Of a DNA stretch of 32,261 nt, positions 26,336 to 32,261 are shown piece by piece (position 1 is the first letter of the stretch; every line of letters starts with the position of its first letter). Where the stretch lies: the IMG/VR virus record IMGVR_UViG_2049941000_000847. One strand, 5' to 3'. The notes under the pieces were generated by a model, which had not been told where the DNA came from, ran no database searches, and saw nothing but the letters and a program-made list of their open reading frames with translations. This DNA is from an uncultured virus (IMG/VR IMGVR_UViG_2049941000_000847). Its lineage: Duplodnaviria; Heunggongvirae; Uroviricota; Caudoviricetes. The translations under genes were made by a program, and so were the position numbers.

Positions 26336-26453
26336 CCTAGTCGAACAACCCCCACGCACCCGGGGAAATGAGGTGCCCTGGTACACACTTAACACCGTTC
26401 ACGGTGTGTACTGGGAATTGAGTGAACGGGTCGCGAGCTGACTTGCCCTTTCA

Positions 26454-26541
26454 AGGCTGGCGACATATGCAAAGGGAGCTAGACCACGCGGTCGACATGT
26501 GCCCAACTAGCCATGTGGGAGGTTCGACTCCTCCCGGGCCT
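26454..26541 (+). ncRNA. second T-loop-containing structured element
   Basis: gggagg-TTCGACT-cctccc at 26517-26535; possible closing stem aggctgg/cgggcct. Confidence 0.4.
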
Positions 26542-26614
26542 AATTTCTTGCAAGGTCCGTCCCTTGACTTGCAAGGTCACCTCCTCAAGGGGCAACCTCA
26601 AAAAGGAGCAGAAA

Positions 26615-26929
26615 ATGATCACCAAAGAAGAGCTTCGTCCTGAGATCGAACGGCTCAAAAATGGCGTCTGCGCGGATTCCGCGGACATGTTCAAGGACGA
26701 CAAAAGGATGCTGGAACACTTCAAGCTCCATGCCAGCCAGAGAATCGACAGCCTCAATAGACTCCTCGAAACAATCGAGAAGAACTATTGGGGTCTCAAA
26801 GAAGGCGAAGAGCTCGACCGGTCGCAGCAAGGCGTCATCGATGCTTTTTCGTCCGAACTGGCATTTAACTATGCCACCAAAGAAGTGTATGAAGAAGCTC
26901 TCCAGAACCTGAAGAAACAGGAGGCCTGA
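26615..26929 (+). CDS. hypothetical helical protein
   Basis: AAAGGAG RBS before the ATG at 26615. Confidence 0.75.
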   Translation: MITKEELRPEIERLKNGVCADSADMFKDDKRMLEHFKLHASQRIDSLNRLLETIEKNYWGLKEGEELDRSQQGVIDAFSSELAFNYATKEVYEEALQNLKKQEA

Positions 26930-26930
26930 G

Positions 26931-27026
26931 ATGAAAGAACCCCGGATGGAAGTGGAAACCATCGTGCTCTTCTGCACGTGGTTCTGCCTGTTTAACCTCG
27001 TGCTCGTCTCCGTCCTCGGATTCTGA
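26931..27026 (+). CDS. 31-aa single-TM peptide
   Basis: GGAGG RBS; IVLFCTWFCLFNLVLVSVLGF. Confidence 0.5.
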   Translation: MKEPRMEVETIVLFCTWFCLFNLVLVSVLGF

Positions 27027-27093
27027 ACACGGAAACCGGGAGAGGAGTGGTTCCTCTCCCCAAAAAACCCAAAGAACTCAAAGGAGTCAACCC

Positions 27094-27323
27094 ATGCTGC
27101 ACAACACCCGTCGAATTCTCAGGGAAAATCCCCGCATGAAGCGTGGATACAAGTTCGCCCAGGAGAATGGCATCGACCTCGATACCATCCTCGAAGACGA
27201 GATCGACTACAAGAAGACCCGTCATCACAAGCGCAAGGCGTACCTGGTTCCCACGCCGGCTGAGCAGAGGGAATACCAGGAAGAACTGCAGGAAGAACTG
27301 CAGAAGATCGAAATCGTCTGCGA
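27094..27323 (+). CDS. hypothetical protein (runs into gap)
   Basis: AAAGGAG RBS. Confidence 0.65.
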
Positions 27324-27687
27324 NNNNNNNNNNNNNNNNNNNNNNNNNNNNNNNNNNNNNNNNNNNNNNNNNNNNNNNNNNNNNNNNNNNNNNNNNNNNN
27401 NNNNNNNNNNNNNNNNNNNNNNNNNNNNNNNNNNNNNNNNNNNNNNNNNNNNNNNNNNNNNNNNNNNNNNNNNNNNNNNNNNNNNNNNNNNNNNNNNNNN
27501 NNNNNNNNNNNNNNNNNNNGCCTGGCCATCGCAGGACCAAGGGATTCTGTCGAGGACTGATCCCGTGGCACAGTGACATAGTCTACACAAACGGGGTGGA
27601 AGATGTCGATACTACGCCTGCTCCTTGATTTTACCACCGCAATCGCGCTTTTCATTGCGCTGGTAGGNNNNNNNNNNAGAAAGAAAG

Positions 27688-28011
27688 ATGAAGAGTCTCA
27701 CCATCAAGCAGAAGAAAGCCCTTTGCTTCGAAATCGCTCGCGACGTCGCGGTTTACGCCTCGGGTTCTCCGGTGTTCCTCGGGGTCGATTCCGTCGGCAT
27801 CGAAGGGATGGCATTCAAGGCACATGCCCTCTACAATGATATGATGACCATCTCTTTTCCTCGGTTCAAGGACGAAAAGTGCTTCAGGCGCTTCCTTAAG
27901 GGCTTTCGTGATATCATCACCTTCTGCTTCAAGGACTGCAACAAGCACATGTCCTATAAGCTCCCCGTTCCGGGAAGTCTGAAGAGCATCCAGCAGGTCC
28001 TAGCTGCCTAG
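27688..28011 (+). CDS. hypothetical basic protein
   Basis: 107-aa ORF with regional codon bias. Confidence 0.65.
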   Translation: MKSLTIKQKKALCFEIARDVAVYASGSPVFLGVDSVGIEGMAFKAHALYNDMMTISFPRFKDEKCFRRFLKGFRDIITFCFKDCNKHMSYKLPVPGSLKSIQQVLAA

Positions 28012-28036
28012 TCCAACCACCAAAGGAGAAAAGAAC

Positions 28037-28327
28037 ATGGAAATGACCAAGCTCGAACTTGCAAAGGCCGTCGTCGGAGATTATCGAATCGAAAACGAAT
28101 GGTTTCATTGCATCTTCGACGACTGCAAAGGCTGGGATCCGGGTGCCATGGAAAACTACGTCTTCTTTGAAGAGGACGGTATCTCCATCGGCGACTGCTC
28201 CCACGGCGAATACAACGTGTTCTGCATCCAGGGCCTGTCCGACGAGGAGTTCGAACAGCTCACGAAGTGGAGCTATGCCGTTGACGCAGCCATGGACGAG
28301 GCTCTCAAGTCTGCTCTCAACCACTAA
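28037..28327 (+). CDS. small acidic protein
   Basis: AAAGGAG RBS; D/E-rich. Confidence 0.75.
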   Translation: MEMTKLELAKAVVGDYRIENEWFHCIFDDCKGWDPGAMENYVFFEEDGISIGDCSHGEYNVFCIQGLSDEEFEQLTKWSYAVDAAMDEALKSALNH

Positions 28328-28342
28328 CAAGGAGACAAGAAC

Positions 28343-28555
28343 ATGACCAAAGACCAGCTCTACACTTTCGTCGAGTCCATCCGGAACATTCTCCCGGATG
28401 AAGTCGATATCTCCCTTACCACGGAGCACGGCAACGACGTCGCCGTCGTCGAAAACGGCAACTACCAGGAGACGATCGTGCTCAGCGGGTTCAACAAGAC
28501 CTACTGTGCGAAGAGAATCCTGAATAGCGAACCCGTTTCCAGGGCCCTTGAATAA
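28343..28555 (+). CDS. hypothetical protein
   Basis: AAGGAG RBS. Confidence 0.72.
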   Translation: MTKDQLYTFVESIRNILPDEVDISLTTEHGNDVAVVENGNYQETIVLSGFNKTYCAKRILNSEPVSRALE

Positions 28556-28566
28556 GGAGGTGACAT

Positions 28567-28767
28567 ATGCCTGATCTCAACTATCCCGAAGAGGTGATCC
28601 CCATCGACGAGGCGATCGCCATCGAAAACTATGCCCGTGAACGTGCTGAGCAGTACAAACCCGGCCATCGCAGGACCAAGGGATTCAGCCGTGGACTGAT
28701 CCCATGGCACTCCGACGTGGTCTACACAAACGGGGTGGAAGATGTCGATACTCCGTCTGCTCCTTGA
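28567..28767 (+). CDS. hypothetical protein
   Basis: TAAGGAGGT RBS. Confidence 0.7.
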   Translation: MPDLNYPEEVIPIDEAIAIENYARERAEQYKPGHRRTKGFSRGLIPWHSDVVYTNGVEDVDTPSAP

Positions 28768-28918
28768 TTTTACCACCGCAATCGCGCTTTTCATTGCGCT
28801 GGTAGGTTTCTTCAGCCATGACTGGGAACATATGTATATCCCCGGATATATGTTCCTTGCCACGGCCGTGCTCTATGCAATAGTCGGGGAAGACAAGAAA
28901 AGGAGAAAGAAGAAGTGA
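28742..28918 (+). CDS. small two-TM membrane protein with basic tail (58 aa)
   Basis: MSILRLLLDFTTAIALFIALVGFF...YMFLATAVLYAIVGEDKKRRKKK. Confidence 0.6.
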   Translation: MSILRLLLDFTTAIALFIALVGFFSHDWEHMYIPGYMFLATAVLYAIVGEDKKRRKKK

Positions 28919-29110
28919 TTTTCTACTCGTGGACCTACACTCTGATCGATCAAACCTTCAGCACCCGTAGGTTCCGTTCCCGATACTGATCGGGAGAAGA
29001 CTCAGTCGGCGATCAGTGAGTGCTGATCGCTGATATCCACCGTCGGTGTCCAGCGAGTGCTGGATAACTGACACGTAAACCGGCCACAACCCATACCAAG
29101 GAGGTATATA

Positions 29111-30383
29111 ATGGCCATTCTGCGCAAGTCCAGCGCCATGCTGGTCACCATCAACGCCGCCGAACAGCTCATCGATGACAACATCGAGATGCGTGAACAG
29201 GGGCTCAACCCGAACCCCCTNNNNNNNNNNTATCGATGACAACATCGAGATGCGTGAACAGGGGCTCAACCCGAACCCCCTGATGTTCATCGGGGCTCCC
29301 GGCATCGGCAAGTCGGAGATGATCCGTCACGCCGCCGCGAAGCACGGCATGGGAGTCCGTGTCGTCAACATCGCCAACATGGCGAAGGAAGACGTCAACG
29401 GCATGCCGCTGCCCATCAACATGGGCACGCCCAATCCCTCGTTGGACTATGTTCCGAACAATCTGTTCGTCTTCCCCGACGACAAGGAGAAGAAGTACAT
29501 GCTCTTCCTCGACGAGCTGACCAACGCTTCCGAGGACGTGCAGGCGGTCTGTCTGACCCTGCTCCTCGAGCGTCGTCTCAACAACTACACGCTCCCGGAC
29601 AATGTCTTCGTCGTCGCCGCGGGCAACCGCATGGTCGACAAGTCGAGGACGTTCAACCTGATCGGACCGGCCATCACCCGTCTCGCCCAGTACGAGCTGA
29701 AGTCCACTCCCGCCGAGTGGACCAAGTGGGGCCGCATGTACGGCAACATCAATCCCAAGGTGTTGGCGTTCATCGAGGCGTATCCCACCAAGCTCCACGC
29801 GATGTACGAGGAGGAGGATGCCGCGACCGGCGACGGCAAGAAGCTCGATCGCGACAAGGCCTGGTACGCCTCGCCTTGGTACTGCCATCGCACCGTCACC
29901 GCGGCGTCCCGCAAGGTGGACTTCTGCGAAAAGAAGTACTCCGAGGACGAGGAGAACTTCCTCTCGATCCTGAAGCGGCATGTCGCCGGGGACTGTGGCG
30001 AGGCGTGGGCCGACGCGTTCGTCGCCTTCTACCACATGGCCGGGGCGTATGACAACGTTCGCGAGATCATGCTTGATCCCACGAAGAGCGTCACCATCCC
30101 GCACGAGGCGGACAAGAAGTGCGCCCTCGCGGTCGCGCTGACGTTCAACCTCTGGCAGGCCAGCGACGCCGCCGAGCAGGAGCAGCTCATCAAGGGCTTC
30201 TACCGGATCTCGATGAGCGATGGGATGCCCGTCCCGTTCGCCATCAAGATCTTCGAGGATGCCGTGTTGGGCAACTCCCGCGTCGACACCGCGACCGCCG
30301 GCAACCTCCTGACCATCGATCACCATGACGAGTTCATCGCGTGGTCGAAGAAGTACCGCAAGGACAAGAACGTCAAGCTCTAG
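29111..30383 (+). CDS. MoxR-like AAA+ ATPase (false duplication across gap 29221-29230)
   Basis: AAGGAGGT RBS at the 29111 start; Walker A GAPGIGKS, Walker B LFLDE, VVAAGNR. Confidence 0.88.
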
Positions 30384-30455
30384 TCCGAAAGGGGGAGGGG
30401 AGAGGTTCCCCTCCCCCAATCTTTCACAACCAAAATCCTCAAAAAGGAGAGAAAC

Positions 30456-32162
30456 ATGGCAAAGAAGACTGTCGCGAAGAAGGATATCGCGCTTCCTCTC
30501 AAGTACTATGAGGGGAATGAACCGAGCGAAGAAGAGCTCGCCTATTATGCTCTTGTACTCAAGAGCATCAATGCGAGTCACGGTCAGCTGCTCAAGGTGG
30601 ANNNNNNNNNNAAAAAATGAAAAGCTGGGCAAAAAGGTGTACATCACCGGCAAAGGCCGCTGCAACGTGACCAACGCCTGCGAGGATATGCAGGACTTTC
30701 TGCGGGAAGTGCCGCGGAATCCCCGGTTCCTGTACAGCGCCCTCCAGTCCTTCGGCCCCTTCGACATGCTTGCGCTGCTTCATGAGCTGGGCTGCGAAAC
30801 CAAAATCGAGCGGGGCAGGCGGGCCTATCCCGTATCCGATCACGCCAGCGACGTGACCAAAGCGCTGGAAAAAGGGCTGCGGCTGGCCGGCGCGGACATC
30901 NNNNNNNNNNGCCGTTCATCGGGAATCTTCTCATGAACCTCACCTTCGTGATCGACCTCACGATTCCCACCGCGGCGACGGACTTCCGCAATGTCTACGT
31001 CAATCCCACGTTCTGGACCAATCTGGAACCCGGGGAACGACTCTTCACGCTGGCTCACGAGACGTGGCATGTGGCCATGAGCCATGCGAATCGCCGCCAG
31101 ACTCGGTTTCCCGAACCGTGGAACGTCGCGTGCGACCTTGAGATCCACTTCATCCTTCAGGGTGAGTCGAATAAGATCAAGGAACCGTGGTGCCTTCCCC
31201 ACGACCCGGCGTGGAGCACGTGGTCTGCCGAGCAGATCTACGATGCCATCACCAAGGGCAAGGGAAAGGATCCCGGTGGCAGTGGCAAGAATCCCGGTGG
31301 GAATGATGGTCCCAAGGGTGGCTGGGTGTTCCCCGTTCCTCCGGGTAGCAATCCCGGGACGCAGAACGACCACTTCGGTCCGAACGACCAGCCGTTCGAC
31401 GGCGTCATCTACGATGACAATCCGAGCGACCAGGGAAACGGCGACGACGACGGAAAGGTCATCTCCCGCAGGGGTGACTGGTCTCCGGCTTCCGAGAAGA
31501 GCGAAAGCATCGACGACTTCACCAGTCGCGTGATTCGCGAGGCCGCCGAGGCCGCTCGGAAGTCCCATGGGACCATTCCCGGGGCCGTCTCCGGCATCAT
31601 CGACGAGCTCGACAATCCCGTCATTCCTTGGCGGGAAAAGCTGAGCCTGTGGACCAACAAGGTCACCAGCTCCAGCGGTCGTCGGAGCTATGCCAGGCTC
31701 AGCCGGCGCACGTGGTCTCTCGGAGCCATCCTTCCGACCAGGGAGGACATGTCTCTGAAGATCGCCGTGGCGATCGACACGTCGGGTTCGTGCGATGACG
31801 AGATCGTTCGCGAGTTCTTCTCCGAACTGACCGGCATCATGGACGCGTTCGACGAATACGAGATCACTGTCATTCAGTGCGACTCTCGTGTTCGGAGGGT
31901 CGACAAGTTCACGACCGACGATCCCTACGACCCCAACAAGGGGTTCGAGATCGAGGGTCGTGGCGGCACGGACTTCCAGCCGGTCTTCGACTATGTCGAA
32001 GAGAACGAGCTGAATCCCACGGCTCTCGTCTACCTGACCGACGGTTGGGCGGAAGAACCCAACGAGCCGGATTATCCGGTCCTCTGGGTCATCACGAAGG
32101 GTGGCAAGCGTCCCTGCTCGTGGGGCGAAGCAACCAGCATGACCAACGACCGGATCGAGTAG
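30456..32162 (+). CDS. DUF2201-type HExxH metallopeptidase plus C-terminal vWA domain protein (interrupted by a misplaced contig)
   Basis: TAATD, LAHETWH, WNVACDLEI, G/D-rich linker, AIDTSGS MIDAS, GRGGTDF, YLTDG. Joining 30601 to 30911 restores the frame LLKVEPFIGNLL. Confidence 0.88.
30612..30900 (+). other. internal fragment of a bacterial HI0933/YhiN/BaiN-family flavoprotein gene; probably a mis-scaffolded contig
   Basis: KNEKLGKKVYITGKGRCNVTN...ERGRRAYPVSDHASDV signature; gaps on both sides. Confidence 0.85.
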
Positions 32163-32261
32163 TCAACNNNNNNNNNNCGAACCGAGCGAAGAAGAACTCG
32201 CCTATTATGCTCTTGTCCTCAAGAGCATCAATGCGAGTCACGGTCAGCTGCTCAAGGTGGA

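Noticed and set aside
25019..26541. Canonical tRNA genes at the two TTCGA sites
   Set aside because: No proper D-arm, anticodon arm or CCA could be built; kept only as tRNA-like elements
27520..27667. Dispersed repeat of 28660-28807 as a DGR TR/VR pair or paralogue
   Set aside because: Flanked by gaps, mismatches are not adenine-specific and no RT is present; probably a misplaced allele
29171..29281. ~50-bp direct repeat or frameshift at the start of the AAA+ gene
   Set aside because: Identical sequence on both sides of a gap, i.e. an unmerged contig overlap
30612..30900. BaiN/YhiN-like flavoprotein fragment as a phage auxiliary gene or an insertion in the vWA gene
   Set aside because: Internal fragment bounded by gaps; removing it joins gtg-ga|g-ccg-ttc into a seamless frame, so it is most likely a mis-scaffolded bacterial contig
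29205..31568. Long antisense ORFs (520 aa, 242 aa) and similar shadow ORFs elsewhere
   Set aside because: Explained by codon bias of the real genes on the opposite strand; no motifs or RBS
32178..32261. Second copy of the vWA gene N-terminus
   Set aside because: Short contig after a gap, about two synonymous SNPs relative to 30518-30601; an allele artefact
1..32261. Stop-codon reassignment (TAG or TGA) as seen in some large gut phages
   Set aside because: Long genes are uninterrupted in code 11; TAG ends dUTPase and the vWA gene at their expected termini, and TGA ends many coupled genes

Overview
Gapped, scaffolded fragment (many N-runs) of what looks like a large tailed dsDNA phage genome, read in standard code 11. 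Left (1-6013): a RuvC-like resolvase and two large probable virion proteins that share a ~30-aa repeated N-terminal/internal motif and an upstream ATTATAAACYA late-promoter-like box; one ends in a Fib_succ_major-like domain. Middle (6.1-23.7 kb): densely packed, translationally coupled small genes behind a recurrent AAAATACTATATT(A/G)T promoter-like motif. They include a Zn-dependent deaminase, a CX5R phosphatase, an orphan HicB-like protein, dUTPase, a DUF4406/NDT-like protein, a frameshifted TnpB N-terminal remnant, about 8-9 paralogues of a small 'MTNFEKWK...CxxCP...WANxE' protein, a stand-alone tail-sheath C-terminal domain and a beta-class DNA methyltransferase. Right (from 24.5 kb): a visibly GC-richer, possibly early region that begins with a tandem 69-bp repeat, has strongly structured intergenic spacers (T-loop tRNA-like junctions, possible pseudoknots, paired hairpins with shared loops) and ends in a MoxR-type AAA+ ATPase plus an HExxH/vWA protein. 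Several duplications next to gaps and one bacterial flavoprotein fragment are probably assembly artefacts. All family assignments come from motif recognition by eye; no searches were run.
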